Position numbers and translations under genes: made by a program | Shown: in pieces, positions 49,526 to 59,560 of the stretch | Layout of the letters: each line of letters starts with the position of its first letter | Numbering within the stretch: position 1 is the first letter of the stretch | Notes under the pieces: model-generated | Told to the model about the DNA's origin: nothing | The model's database searches: none | The model's input: the letters and a program-made list of their open reading frames with translations, nothing else | Source: a bacterium | GTDB lineage: Bacteria; SAR324; JACQKK01 | Assembly: GCA_965240465.1 (NCBI GenBank) | Contig: OZ251219.1 | Location: 1,472,001-1,536,000, forward strand | Length of the DNA: 64,000 nucleotides | Direction: 5' to 3'

Positions 49526-50569
49526 TTAACCTCCTATGCGATGCATCTCTACTTTTTTCAGGTCGGTAGCTGGTATGTTATCAGCAGAGTCGCCAAGCGT
49601 TTTTCTTTCTTCTGAGTAACGATCGGTGCGTTGTTGCCAAGTTTCTTGGATTAACTCTAACAATTCCTCATCTGAAGCACCACGGCGTAGGGGAGTACGC
49701 AAATCTAAACCTTTGGTAGCAAATAAACAGGTGAATAATTCTCCATCGGCAGATAATCTTGCTCGGGTACAACTACTACAAAAAGGCTCCGAAATAGACG
49801 CTACCACCCCTATCTCCCCCTGCCCATCCACATACCTATGACGGCTGGCTGGCTTTTCATCTCGTCTCCCGATTAACTCCAACGCCCACCTCTGATTTAG
49901 TAATCGCAGTATTTCGGCGGCTTCCACTACCTTCTGCGGCTGCCAGCCACTGCAACCGCCCACATCCATGTACTCAATAAAGCGTAAAATTACGCCACTA
50001 CCCCGAAATTGCTCTGCCATGGCTACTATCTGATCCTTATTCACCCCCTGGATAACCATATTCACCTTAACAGGATCAAGACCAGCTGCCTGAGCTGCCT
50101 CAATCCCCTTTAGCACCCGAACAACTGCTCCCTGCTTTGTCCCATTACCGCTACCTATGCCAATAATGCTACGAAAAATTTCCTCATCCAAACTATCCAA
50201 ACTGACTGTTATCCTGCTTAATCCTGCCCGACTTAAATCATCTGCCATTGATTCCAAAAACCAGCCATTAGTAGTCAGAGATAAATCACTTATGCCAGTC
50301 AAATTCCGCAATCGTTCCACTAATTTTAGCATCCCCTTGCGTAATAACGGTTCACCTCCTGTCAGGCGTAACCTAGTAGCCCCTAATTGCACTCCTAGTG
50401 AAGATAAGCGTACTATTTCATCATCGCTCAGTAGATTTGTATGATCGGTAAATTTCCAGTCTTTGCCATATCCATCGGCTGGCATGCAGTACTCACAGCG
50501 AAAATTACAGCGGTCAGTCAGTGAAATACGCAAATCGCGTAATTGCCGTCCTAACTTATCTTCAAGCAT
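49526..50569 (-). CDS. moaA: GTP 3',8-cyclase MoaA
   Basis: LRISLTDRCNFRCEYCMP, LTGGEPLL, RFIEYM, FCSSCTRARL..DG.LFTCLF, terminal IGG. Confidence 0.97.
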   Translation of the reverse strand: MLEDKLGRQLRDLRISLTDRCNFRCEYCMPADGYGKDWKFTDHTNLLSDDEIVRLSSLGVQLGATRLRLTGGEPLLRKGMLKLVERLRNLTGISDLSLTTNGWFLESMADDLSRAGLSRITVSLDSLDEEIFRSIIGIGSGNGTKQGAVVRVLKGIEAAQAAGLDPVKVNMVIQGVNKDQIVAMAEQFRGSGVILRFIEYMDVGGCSGWQPQKVVEAAEILRLLNQRWALELIGRRDEKPASRHRYVDGQGEIGVVASISEPFCSSCTRARLSADGELFTCLFATKGLDLRTPLRRGASDEELLELIQETWQQRTDRYSEERKTLGDSADNIPATDLKKVEMHRIGG

Positions 50570-50675
50570 TTAGTAATCTCAACATGTCGGGTTTTCTCTA
50601 CGACATCACATGGCATCACGAGGATGGTGAAGTTATAGCAACGCGATCACCTGTTTATACTAGCAGAAAGTATTG

Positions 50676-51800
50676 CTAGGACAAAGCTCCTAGGATGGTA
50701 TTAGTAATCAGGTCTTGAATATCTGGATTAAGGTAAGCGTGCATGGGGAGGCTGATAACTTGTTGGGTAAGAGCAACTGTGATATTAGTTTCGCCTGAGA
50801 TATGGCTGAAGTGCTGATAAGCGGGTTGTCGGTGGAAAGGAATGGGGTAATAGATAGCAGTGGGGATGTTTTGTTGCTGGCTGGCAATGGCGATTTTATC
50901 CCTCTGGTCGCTGATGATGGTATACTGTGCCCAAGTACTGGAGCGATCTGCCTTGAGTTGAGGAGTGCTTACAACTCCTCCTAGGGCTTGCTGATAGCGT
51001 TGAGCAATTTGCTGTCTGCGTTGGAGTTCCTCGGGAAAGATGCTGAGTTTTTGCCTTAGAATGACCGCTTGGATGCTATCTAGGCGTGAATTAAGTCCGA
51101 TGTAACAATGCTCATAGCGGTGGCTGCCTTGCCCATGTTGACGCAAGGAACGTAATTTTTGGGCTAGGTCATGATCCTGAGTAAAGACCGCCCCTCCGTC
51201 TCCATAACAGCCAAGTGGCTTGGAAGGAAAAAAACTGACCGCAGTGGCATCTCCCAAAGTGCCGACTGACTGCTGCTGATATTTCGCCCCGAAACTTTGG
51301 GCTGCATCGGCAATGAGGAATAGATTGTGCTCCGAGCAAAACGCTTGCAGGGCTTGATAATCATCAGGCTGACCGAATAGGTCTACTGCGATAAGGACTT
51401 TTGGTTTGAGTTTTTTTCTGGAGGCAACTTCTAGGGCTGATAGCAGTAGTCGGGGATTGAGCATGAAAGTGTCTTTTTCCACATCCACGAAAATGGGAGA
51501 TGCCCCAACCATGGCAACAGATTCCGCGGTAGCAATGAAGGTGAAATCGGGGACTATCACTGCATCGCCACTCCCTATGCCAAGGGCGAGCATAATGAGC
51601 AATAGGGCATCTGTCCCGTTGGCACAGGTAATACAGTGCTTTGCCCCACAGAAATCAGCCAGCTCTGATTCTAGAGCCTCTACTTCTGGCCCTAAAACAA
51701 AGCGACCATCTTTGAGAAGTGCTGCTAGTGACTGGCTGAGTTGAGGTTCCAGTCGTTCTCGCTGGGCTTGTAGGTCAATAAAGGGGATGGAAGTAGACAA
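50676..51800 (-). CDS. DegT/DnrJ/EryC1 sugar aminotransferase (GnnB/WbpE-like)
   Basis: ANGTDAL, FTFIAT, DAAQSFG, SFFPSKPLGCYGDGG, NSRLD. Confidence 0.9.
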   Translation of the reverse strand: MSTSIPFIDLQAQRERLEPQLSQSLAALLKDGRFVLGPEVEALESELADFCGAKHCITCANGTDALLLIMLALGIGSGDAVIVPDFTFIATAESVAMVGASPIFVDVEKDTFMLNPRLLLSALEVASRKKLKPKVLIAVDLFGQPDDYQALQAFCSEHNLFLIADAAQSFGAKYQQQSVGTLGDATAVSFFPSKPLGCYGDGGAVFTQDHDLAQKLRSLRQHGQGSHRYEHCYIGLNSRLDSIQAVILRQKLSIFPEELQRRQQIAQRYQQALGGVVSTPQLKADRSSTWAQYTIISDQRDKIAIASQQQNIPTAIYYPIPFHRQPAYQHFSHISGETNITVALTQQVISLPMHAYLNPDIQDLITNTILGALS

Positions 51801-51855
51801 TGTAAATTATTTAGGAGAAAAAAATAAAAATATCTGAGTCACTTTGCCAGAAAAT

Positions 51856-52485
51856 CTAATCAGAAAAAACCGGGTGCTGATGATGTGGAAAAAGCACCCC
51901 TTGCCATTTCAAGTGATTACGGCGTCGCTTCAAGGAGGAGGAAAGAATATAAGTTTGAGTTTGTTGACAATGCTTATGAGGACGCAAGCGAACATAAACA
52001 TTATTGATTTCTCCATGCTTTTTATCAATGTGGTAGGCCTTGAGCAGGTCTTTAATGATGCTCTTACGCTGGGTAGCGTCTTCAAAAATATCAGGTGGTA
52101 AGACGGGTCGGTGAAGAAGTTCATCGGTGGTAATGCCAGTGTGTTGGATGGCACTATCGCTAACTGACTGAGGCGGGCAATGACTAAGTGAGTGCTCGCT
52201 TGGCAAGGTGGGATAAGCTACAAAAACAAACGGAAGGGAGTCCTTAATGAAATCGTGTTCTGCCAATCTTTCATTTATGCGTCTAGAGGCTTGCCCTACG
52301 ATAATGGGGGGAATAAAGGGGATGATTATCATTATCAAGTAAGCATAAGACCATTGATCCATTATGCGACTCAGAGTGCTCTGGATGATCAGGATACTGA
52401 ACCCAATCACAAAAGAAGCCCGCAAAGGGGTCTGAATAATAAACTCAATGGTGCGTCCGAATAGACTCGGTCGTCTTTGCGACAT
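51856..52485 (-). CDS. hypothetical membrane protein
   Basis: ORF with two N-terminal TM segments; no family recognised. Confidence 0.5.
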   Translation of the reverse strand: MSQRRPSLFGRTIEFIIQTPLRASFVIGFSILIIQSTLSRIMDQWSYAYLIMIIIPFIPPIIVGQASRRINERLAEHDFIKDSLPFVFVAYPTLPSEHSLSHCPPQSVSDSAIQHTGITTDELLHRPVLPPDIFEDATQRKSIIKDLLKAYHIDKKHGEINNVYVRLRPHKHCQQTQTYILSSSLKRRRNHLKWQGVLFPHHQHPVFSD

Positions 52486-52577
52486 AATACGCTTAGAAAA
52501 ATCAAGTGATAGATAGCAGCTCGGGCATTTCCAAACAAGCAACCGCCCATGTTAGCATGAATGCAGGATAAAAATGG

Positions 52578-52586
52578 TGCTATAAT
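52578..52586 (+). promoter_or_regulatory. extended -10 promoter element (TGcTATAAT)
   Basis: Perfect TGnTATAAT upstream of the Rieske/FMN gene. Confidence 0.5.
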
Positions 52587-52607
52587 GTGGTGTTCCGTGT
52601 ATGAATT

Positions 52608-52667
52608 GCAAATAGCATGGCAAATGACATGGCAAATGACATGGCAAATGACATGGCAAATGACATG
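52608..52667. repeat. 12-bp tandem repeat x5 (GCAAATGACATG)
   Basis: Read directly, in the leader of the Rieske/FMN gene. Confidence 0.95.
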
Positions 52668-52758
52668 GCAACCAACACGATAGGCAACATGATACATTCA
52701 CTGTGAAATCCCGCTATGAGATGTCGCTACGAAATGTCCTGCGGTTTGGGAGATTGAT

Positions 52759-54393
52759 TTGAACGAAAGCGTTGTACCCCTAGAGCGTGTGAAAGTAGCG
52801 GTTTGGAGTGAATTGGCAGACCGTAATCCTGCCTACGCTCTGGTAGCTGGGGTTGACTTGGTATTGGTGCGTTGGGATGAGCAAGTTTCGGTATTGTATG
52901 GGCGATGTTTGCATCGCGGAGCCTTAATGTCGGATGGGAGAATTGAGGGGGATAATTTGATATGCGGCATGCATAATTGGGATTATTGTTTTGAGACTGG
53001 GGTCAGTGGTTACAACTCCGCAGAGAGATTACACAAGTTTAATGCTTGGGTGCAAGAAGATGCTGTGTATGTTGACCGATTGGAAATAGAAGCGTGGGAA
53101 AAGGACAATCCGCAACCTTATGACCGAGATACCTATCAGGGACTGTACGCTGATATTCATGGTACCCCTGATGAACCACACAACGCTTATATTAGAGAGT
53201 TAGCGGTCAATGGTCTTGAGAAGATGGGTCAGCATGGCTGGGTATCGGCTATGGGTGTATCTCGGGAAAGATTGCCTAGTTGGGATGATATTCAGATAAT
53301 CACTGCTCAGTTGGCGGTTAGTCCTCAGCAGGATAATGTTGCGGTTGGTACGGAGCTAGTGATTGGCACCCGAGCCAAAAAGCCCTTACTTTTGAGTATT
53401 CCTTTGTTTGTCAGCGACATGAGCTTTGGTGCTCTTAGTGAGGAAGCCAAGGTGGCTTTGGCAAAAGGGGCAGAATTAGCAAAGACTGGCATTTGCTCTG
53501 GTGAAGGAGGTATGTTACCTGAGGAAAAACAAGCTAATTCACGCTATTTTTATGAGCTCGCTAGTGCACGTTTTGGCTGGTCTTTGGATAGGGGAGCTAG
53601 TTGTCAGGCATTTCATTTCAAATCTGGTCAAGGTGCTAAGACTGGTACTGGCGGTCATTTGCCCGGCAAAAAGGTGCAGGGTAAAATCGCTAAGGTGCGT
53701 GGACTTACTCCGGGTACCTCTGCGATTAGTCCCGCAGCTTTCCCCGACCTCCATACTCCTCAAGATTATGCCCGCCTAGCTGATGAAGTCCGCCAAGCTT
53801 CGGGTGGCATCCCGATCGGCTTTAAGATGTCCGCCCAGCATATTGAAAAAGACTTGGACTTCGCCTTAGAGGCTGGTGCAGATTACATCATTCTGGATGG
53901 CCGTGGCGGAGGAACTGGGGCAGCTCCTAACATCTTCAAGGATCATATTTCGGTCCCTACCATGGCGGCTTTGGTGCGGGCTCGCAGACACCTAAATAAA
54001 TTGGGGCAACAGGACATCACTCTCATTATTACAGGCGGCTTGCGTACCGAAACCGATTTTGTCAAAGCACTGGCACTAGGAGCAAACGGTATCGCCGTTT
54101 CCAACTCAGCCATACAGGCGATCGGTTGTTTGGGTATGCGTGCCTGTCATACCAATAACTGCCCCGTAGGAATTGCTACCCAGCAATCTCATTTGCGGGC
54201 ACGACTGTTAGTGGATGCCTCGGCACAACAGCTGGCAAACTTCTTCCAAGCCACCGTGGAACTGATGAAAATTCTCTGCCGTGCCTGCGGGCATACTCAC
54301 CTTAATCAATTCAACACCGACGACGTCGCCACCTTGAACAGAGATATTGCCATGCTTACTGGTATTAATTATGCTGGCGTTATGTCGCCATAA
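52759..54393 (+). CDS. Rieske [2Fe-2S] + FMN-binding glutamate-synthase-family protein
   Basis: CLHRG...CGMHNW Rieske; MSFGALS, SGEGG, GQGAKTGTGGHLP, DGRGGGTGA, C..MRACHTNNCPVG. Confidence 0.9.
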   Translation: MNESVVPLERVKVAVWSELADRNPAYALVAGVDLVLVRWDEQVSVLYGRCLHRGALMSDGRIEGDNLICGMHNWDYCFETGVSGYNSAERLHKFNAWVQEDAVYVDRLEIEAWEKDNPQPYDRDTYQGLYADIHGTPDEPHNAYIRELAVNGLEKMGQHGWVSAMGVSRERLPSWDDIQIITAQLAVSPQQDNVAVGTELVIGTRAKKPLLLSIPLFVSDMSFGALSEEAKVALAKGAELAKTGICSGEGGMLPEEKQANSRYFYELASARFGWSLDRGASCQAFHFKSGQGAKTGTGGHLPGKKVQGKIAKVRGLTPGTSAISPAAFPDLHTPQDYARLADEVRQASGGIPIGFKMSAQHIEKDLDFALEAGADYIILDGRGGGTGAAPNIFKDHISVPTMAALVRARRHLNKLGQQDITLIITGGLRTETDFVKALALGANGIAVSNSAIQAIGCLGMRACHTNNCPVGIATQQSHLRARLLVDASAQQLANFFQATVELMKILCRACGHTHLNQFNTDDVATLNRDIAMLTGINYAGVMSP

Positions 54394-54450
54394 TTTCTCA
54401 AGTGATAATTACACGAGTTTGATTTCTCAAGTAATAATTGCACGAGTTTG
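54393..54450. repeat. 29-bp direct repeat x2
   Basis: ATTTCTCAAGTGATAATTACACGAGTTTG / ATTTCTCAAGTAATAATTGCACGAGTTTG. Confidence 0.9.
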
Positions 54451-55350
54451 ATTCGCACTTTCTGCACCTTTTTCATATTCATCACCATGACTACAAAATC
54501 TTACATTACCTCCAATGCCATTAGTACTGGATGGCGAAATATCCCTGTCCCACCTGTGCCTTCGCTAGCAAGTGCTCGCCTACGACTGCACTGGGGATCA
54601 CAAATTCCCTGTGCTGCTGCCAGTCAGTTAATAGAACCCTTACCCGATTACAGCCACTGCAACCTGACATATAATGCCAATTTGAATGCTCTTTTAAGCC
54701 GTCCCTTGCCAAAACATAAGGATTTATCAGCAGGTTTGGTACTAACCGAATGTAGCCTTCTGGTTACCGACAAAAAATTCCAACCCCTAGCATCTAAGCC
54801 GTTGGCAGGACTAACACTGGAAGAAGGAATGAAATGGATGGCTTCTGCCCTCAAGGAATATGGAGGAGACGTACCTCCACTAGTGCGTCCATTTCAGGAA
54901 ATCCCAGCTAGCCCCATTGCCAACAAAGAGCCTTTTCCTGATGGCGACCCCGCTGGATTAGCTGAGGTAGATAGATGGTTCGCCAACAGCTTCTCAACCT
55001 TGCTTCCATTGGCTAAATCCCTGAAGAGCAGTACGGTTTGGTGCTGGCCTCATCATTTTGATGTAGCTACCTTACTCTTCCTAGAAGACAAACCACCTGA
55101 CAAAGCCCAACAAATTAACATTGGCTTCAGCCCTGGCGATGGCAACTTTGATCACCCATACTGGTATGTTACCTTCTGGCCCGATTCCACCGAACCCTTG
55201 CCTCCTTTGGAAGGTCAGGGAATTTGGTGCCAAGAAGCATTTAAGGGGGCTCTGCTCCTTACCGATCATTTGGCTATCAGTGACCAGCCCGAACAATTAG
55301 CAGCCTATCTTAATTCTGCCATAGGGGCTTCCATCAAATTAGTAGGTTGA
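54448..55350 (+). CDS. conserved hypothetical protein (DUF5996-like); likely start ATG 54487
   Basis: RLHW..Q, DYSH.NL, CWPHHFDVA, GFSPGD...PYWYV. Confidence 0.6.
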   Translation: MIRTFCTFFIFITMTTKSYITSNAISTGWRNIPVPPVPSLASARLRLHWGSQIPCAAASQLIEPLPDYSHCNLTYNANLNALLSRPLPKHKDLSAGLVLTECSLLVTDKKFQPLASKPLAGLTLEEGMKWMASALKEYGGDVPPLVRPFQEIPASPIANKEPFPDGDPAGLAEVDRWFANSFSTLLPLAKSLKSSTVWCWPHHFDVATLLFLEDKPPDKAQQINIGFSPGDGNFDHPYWYVTFWPDSTEPLPPLEGQGIWCQEAFKGALLLTDHLAISDQPEQLAAYLNSAIGASIKLVG

Positions 55351-55481
55351 TTTTATTACTATTTCTTGTTCAATGTCTCCAGTATGTGTACCGAGCAACA
55401 ATGATTAGCGGCTATCATTAGCAAGTTGAACGGTGTATGCTTCGTGGTGGATGGGGAACATAAGTCGGAACACAAATAAAC

Positions 55482-57467
55482 GTGCAGGGTATCATGTCTG
55501 AAGATTTAGCCAAGCAATTGGTGTGGCACAAAGCCATAGACAAGGATGAGCTGGCTGAGGGGCGGGTGAAGTCGGTCACTTGCGATAGACAGACGCTTTG
55601 CATGACTCGTTGGCAAGGCAAGTATGCGGCTTTGGATAATCGTTGTCCGCACCAAGGGGGGCCGCTGGGGGAGGGTTCTATAGAGAATGGTTTTTTGCGT
55701 TGCCCTTGGCACGGCTGGGATTTTGATCCTATCAATGGTCGTCCGCCGGGTGGTTATGATGACGGGGTGCGGGTTTTTCCAGTAGAGGAAAGAGAAGACG
55801 GCATTTATGTTGGTTTGGAGCCAGAGAAGCAGCCGATTGCGACTGTCAGCGATGTTATGGTTCGTACTATGACCAATTGGGGAGTGTGCAATGTGTTTGG
55901 GATGGTAGGTCATTCCAACTTGGGCTTGGCGGAGGCGATTAGACTAGAAGAGAAAGCAGGACGGCTACGCTATATTGGAATAAGACATGAAGGGGCCGCA
56001 GCTTTTGCGGCTTCGGGATATGGCAAGTTGACTGGTCGGGCGGCGGCATGTTTGGCGATTGCTGGTCCTGGAGCTACTAATTTACTGACTGGCTTATGGG
56101 ATGCCAATGTGGATAGATCGCCCGTGTTGGCTTTGACTGGGCAGGTGGATACTCAAGTTTTGGGGCCGGGTGCCTTTCAGGAGGTTGATTTGCAAGCAGC
56201 TTTTGGGAAAGTAGCCTTTTGGAGTCAGTCAGTGCTGCCCGGTAGTCGTCATGTGGAGTTAATGAATCTGGCTTGCAAGCACGCCATGATTGAGCGAGGA
56301 CCTACTCATCTTATTTTTCCAGATGAAGTACAAACACTCCCTGCTCCCGTGAAAGTAAGTGCTGGAAGCCCTGAGGGTCGTTTGCCTGCTAGTGAAATTA
56401 TTCCTCCTCAGGGCGAGCTGCAAAATGCTTTGGATTTACTAAGGAAATCCAAGCGACCAGTTATCATTGTGGGGCATGGAGCGCGATTTCACATGGACGG
56501 AGTACTGGCTTTGGCGGAAAAAATGAATATCCCCGTACTGACTACTTTCAAGGGCAAGGGGCTGATTGCCGATACTCATCCATTAGGCTGTGGCGTCTTA
56601 GGTAGGAGTGGTACTCCCATTGCCAGCTGGTTTATGAACGAAAGCGATTGTTTGTTAGTGTTTGGGGCGAGTTTTAGCAATCACACTGGGATTTCATCAT
56701 ATAAGCCGATCATTCAGGTGGACTTTGACCCCATGATGTTAGGTAAGTTCCATGCGGTGCAGGTGCCAGTTTGGGGAGAAATCGGAGTGACCGCAACTCT
56801 GCTACTGGATCAATTAGGCTCGGTCAAGTTTGATTGGACGCGAGAACAGGTAGCCGAAAGATGGTGCATATGGAGAAAAGAAAAAGCTAGTCGCCGTAAA
56901 GATGACCTCGGCAAGGGATTAAATTCAGCCGTGTTATTTGATGCTCTTTCTCGTTTAGCTCCTCCCGATGCCATCATACCAGTTGATGTAGGCAACAACA
57001 CCTATTCCTTTGGGCGATACTTTGAGTGCTGCGGGCAAGCGGTATTGATGTCGGGTTATTTGGGATCCATTGGATTTGCACTACCAGCAGCCTTGGGGGC
57101 TTGGTGTGCTACTCAGGAGGAGGATCCACTTTTTAAGGGGCGTAAGGTTATTTCTGTTTCTGGAGACGGTGGTTTTGGTCAGTATATGGCAGAAATAACC
57201 ACCGCAGTAAAATTCAAAATGAACATAACCCATGTTCTATTGCATAACAAACAGTTAGGGAAAATCAGCAAAGAACAGAGGGCTGGTAGCTGGCCCGTCT
57301 GGCAGACTTCTTTACACAATCCAGACTTTTCTCGCTATGCCGAATTATGTGGTGCTTTGGGAATTAGGGTCTCTGAGATTAGCGAATTGGACGAAGCCTT
57401 AAAGACGGCTATCGCTTACCCTGGCACTAGCTTGGTGGAAGTACTCACAGACCCCGAACTTATCTAG
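55482..57467 (+). CDS. Rieske [2Fe-2S] + thiamine-diphosphate enzyme (pyruvate oxidase-like)
   Basis: CPHQGG...CPWHGW; RHEGAAAFAA, GPGATN, DVGNN, GSIGFALP, GDGGF...N. Confidence 0.9.
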   Translation: MQGIMSEDLAKQLVWHKAIDKDELAEGRVKSVTCDRQTLCMTRWQGKYAALDNRCPHQGGPLGEGSIENGFLRCPWHGWDFDPINGRPPGGYDDGVRVFPVEEREDGIYVGLEPEKQPIATVSDVMVRTMTNWGVCNVFGMVGHSNLGLAEAIRLEEKAGRLRYIGIRHEGAAAFAASGYGKLTGRAAACLAIAGPGATNLLTGLWDANVDRSPVLALTGQVDTQVLGPGAFQEVDLQAAFGKVAFWSQSVLPGSRHVELMNLACKHAMIERGPTHLIFPDEVQTLPAPVKVSAGSPEGRLPASEIIPPQGELQNALDLLRKSKRPVIIVGHGARFHMDGVLALAEKMNIPVLTTFKGKGLIADTHPLGCGVLGRSGTPIASWFMNESDCLLVFGASFSNHTGISSYKPIIQVDFDPMMLGKFHAVQVPVWGEIGVTATLLLDQLGSVKFDWTREQVAERWCIWRKEKASRRKDDLGKGLNSAVLFDALSRLAPPDAIIPVDVGNNTYSFGRYFECCGQAVLMSGYLGSIGFALPAALGAWCATQEEDPLFKGRKVISVSGDGGFGQYMAEITTAVKFKMNITHVLLHNKQLGKISKEQRAGSWPVWQTSLHNPDFSRYAELCGALGIRVSEISELDEALKTAIAYPGTSLVEVLTDPELI

Positions 57468-57501
57468 CGTAGTTTATCTAGCGTAGTTTATCTAGTATAG
57501 T
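57460..57501. repeat. 14-bp tandem repeat x3 (TTATCTAGCGTAGT)
   Basis: First copy contains the upstream TAG stop codon. Confidence 0.9.
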
Positions 57502-57503
57502 TT

Positions 57504-58772
57504 ATGGTGGTGACTATGCTTGACCTACGCTTGGTAAGAGAACAACCCCAGCTACTTAAAGAGAACATTGCTAACAGAGGCATTCAAGCCGATGTAGATG
57601 CCTTGCTTAGCAAAGATGATATAGCCCGTAAGATTCGCACCCGACTGGAAGGAATCCAAAAACGGCGTAATAATCTTAATACTGAGATCAAAGCTGCCAG
57701 CCAAGCTGAACGGGCTCAGTTGGTTGTTGAGAACAAAGCCTTAAAAGAGCAAGAAACTCAGCTAGAAAAAGAAGTCTGTCAAGCAGAGGGAGTCAGAACT
57801 CAGTTGTTGAATAAAATGCCTAATTGGACTCATGGGGAATCTCCTATTGGCAAGGATGAATCTAGTAATCGGGTACTGAGGGTCGTTGGTGAACCCGCTA
57901 CCTTTAGCTTTGCACCCAAAGATCACCTCCAACTAATGCTGAACCTAGACTTGGTAGACTTTGAACGAGCTGCTAAGGTCAGCGGACAAAAATTCTATTA
58001 TCTTAAAAATGAGGCGGTACTTTTGGAGCAAAGTCTTATTAATTTTGCCCTCAGCTATCTGCAGAAAAAGGGCTTTACCCTGTTAACCACCCCCGATTTA
58101 GCCAGACAGAGCATTATGCAAGGTATAGGATTTCAACCTCGGGATGAGGCTACTCAGGTTTATAACCTAGAAAATACTGACCTCAGTCTGGTAGCAACCT
58201 CAGAGATCACCTTAGGAGGATTTTTTAGTGAAGAAATACTTTCGGCAGAACAGCTGCCCTTGCTACTGGCAGGATTATCTCATTGCTTTCGTACTGAAGC
58301 TGGTTCTGCGGGTAAGGAGTCCAAAGGATTATTTCGGGTTCATCAATTCACTAAGGTGGAAATGTTTGCCTTCACTACTCAAGAAACCTCAGATCAAATG
58401 CACCAACAACTACTGGACTGGGAGGAAGAAATCTACCAACAACTACAAATCCCCTTTCGCGTGGTGGATATATGTACTGGCGACCTGGGCGCACCTGCAT
58501 ATCGTAAGTTTGATCTAGAGGCTTGGATGCCAGGACGCCGTCAATGGGGCGAAATTACTTCCACCTCTAATTGCACTGATTATCAAGCTCGCCGACTGGG
58601 GATCCGTTATAAATCGCCCCCGAATAAGGGAACTAGACTGGTTCATATGCTAAACGGCACAGCCATTGCTACTACTCGCACTATGATCGCTCTATTGGAA
58701 AATGGACAACAGCCTGATGGTTCCATCCACTTTCCTCCCGTACTACAACTTAACCCTATTAAGACTCGTTGA
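57504..58772 (+). CDS. serS: serine--tRNA ligase
   Basis: MLDLRLVR, ATSE, CFRTEAG, RVHQFTKVE, TSTSNCTDYQARRL, HMLNGT. Confidence 0.98.
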   Translation: MVVTMLDLRLVREQPQLLKENIANRGIQADVDALLSKDDIARKIRTRLEGIQKRRNNLNTEIKAASQAERAQLVVENKALKEQETQLEKEVCQAEGVRTQLLNKMPNWTHGESPIGKDESSNRVLRVVGEPATFSFAPKDHLQLMLNLDLVDFERAAKVSGQKFYYLKNEAVLLEQSLINFALSYLQKKGFTLLTTPDLARQSIMQGIGFQPRDEATQVYNLENTDLSLVATSEITLGGFFSEEILSAEQLPLLLAGLSHCFRTEAGSAGKESKGLFRVHQFTKVEMFAFTTQETSDQMHQQLLDWEEEIYQQLQIPFRVVDICTGDLGAPAYRKFDLEAWMPGRRQWGEITSTSNCTDYQARRLGIRYKSPPNKGTRLVHMLNGTAIATTRTMIALLENGQQPDGSIHFPPVLQLNPIKTR

Positions 58773-58794
58773 CACTCACAATCTTAGATCTTCC

Positions 58795-59352
58795 ATGTTT
58801 AATTCCAAGAAAAATGAAGCTCTCAAGGTTCTGATCGCCATGCCACAGCTCAAAGATAGCTATTTTGAAAAAACCGTTATCTTTCTATGTGAATACAACA
58901 CGGATGGAGCCATGGGCTTTGTTGTCAATATCCCTTCGGCAACCTCCGTGGACGATCTAATGCAGGAACTGAATATCTCCGTTCCTCAGCTACAAACAGA
59001 ATCCATTCTGCTAGGAGGACCCGTACAACCTGAATTCTGCTGGTCCATCCATACCAACGATTATAAAGCCCCCTCTACTACTCCCTTTGGTTCTACTTTT
59101 GGCATCAGCTCCATCACTGATATTATCCCTGCCATTTGTGATGGACATCCACCAGAAAATTACATCCTCGGAGTAGGATATGCAGGCTGGGGGGTTGGTC
59201 AACTGGATAAAGAAATAGATCAAGAATCATGGTGGCTGGCTGAAATTGACCCCTCCTTACTATTGAAAACCAAATGTGAAAACCGCTGGGAAATGGCCAT
59301 GGATCACTCAGGCTTGTCCAGAAACTCCCACACACATTTTTGCAGAGCTTAG
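58795..59352 (+). CDS. YqgE/AlgH family protein
   Basis: LIAMP...D.YF..TVI, GAMGFVVN, GGPV, GYAGW..GQL..EI. Confidence 0.92.
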   Translation: MFNSKKNEALKVLIAMPQLKDSYFEKTVIFLCEYNTDGAMGFVVNIPSATSVDDLMQELNISVPQLQTESILLGGPVQPEFCWSIHTNDYKAPSTTPFGSTFGISSITDIIPAICDGHPPENYILGVGYAGWGVGQLDKEIDQESWWLAEIDPSLLLKTKCENRWEMAMDHSGLSRNSHTHFCRA

Positions 59353-59518
59353 TGTCAGCCTAGTGTCATTTTGCAGAGCCTAGTGTCATTTTGCAGAGCC
59401 TAGTGTTATTTTGCAGAGCCTAGTGTCATTTTGCAGAGCCTAGTGTCATTTTGCAGAGCCTAGTGTTATTTTGCAGAGCCTACCATTTTGCCAGGGCCTA
59501 GTGTCAGCCTAGTGTCAT
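59336..59518. repeat. 20-bp tandem repeat array (ATTTTGCAGAGCCTAGTGTC), about 7 copies plus partial units
   Basis: No spacers; starts in the last codons of the YqgE gene; every third unit has GTT, giving a 60-bp higher-order period. Confidence 0.95.
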
Positions 59519-59560
59519 TCTATCTATCGGCAAGTAGCATGAAAGCATAGCATTCAGCAT

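Noticed and set aside
52407-52697. Cys/His-repeat ORF (CHVI)n, and similar ORFs at 46996-47187 and 38744-38971
   Set aside because: They are translations of DNA tandem repeats and overlap real genes or promoters.
59336-59518. Possible CRISPR array
   Set aside because: The 20-bp units are head-to-tail with no unique spacers, and no cas genes are in the window. The same applies to the 47040 and 52608 arrays.
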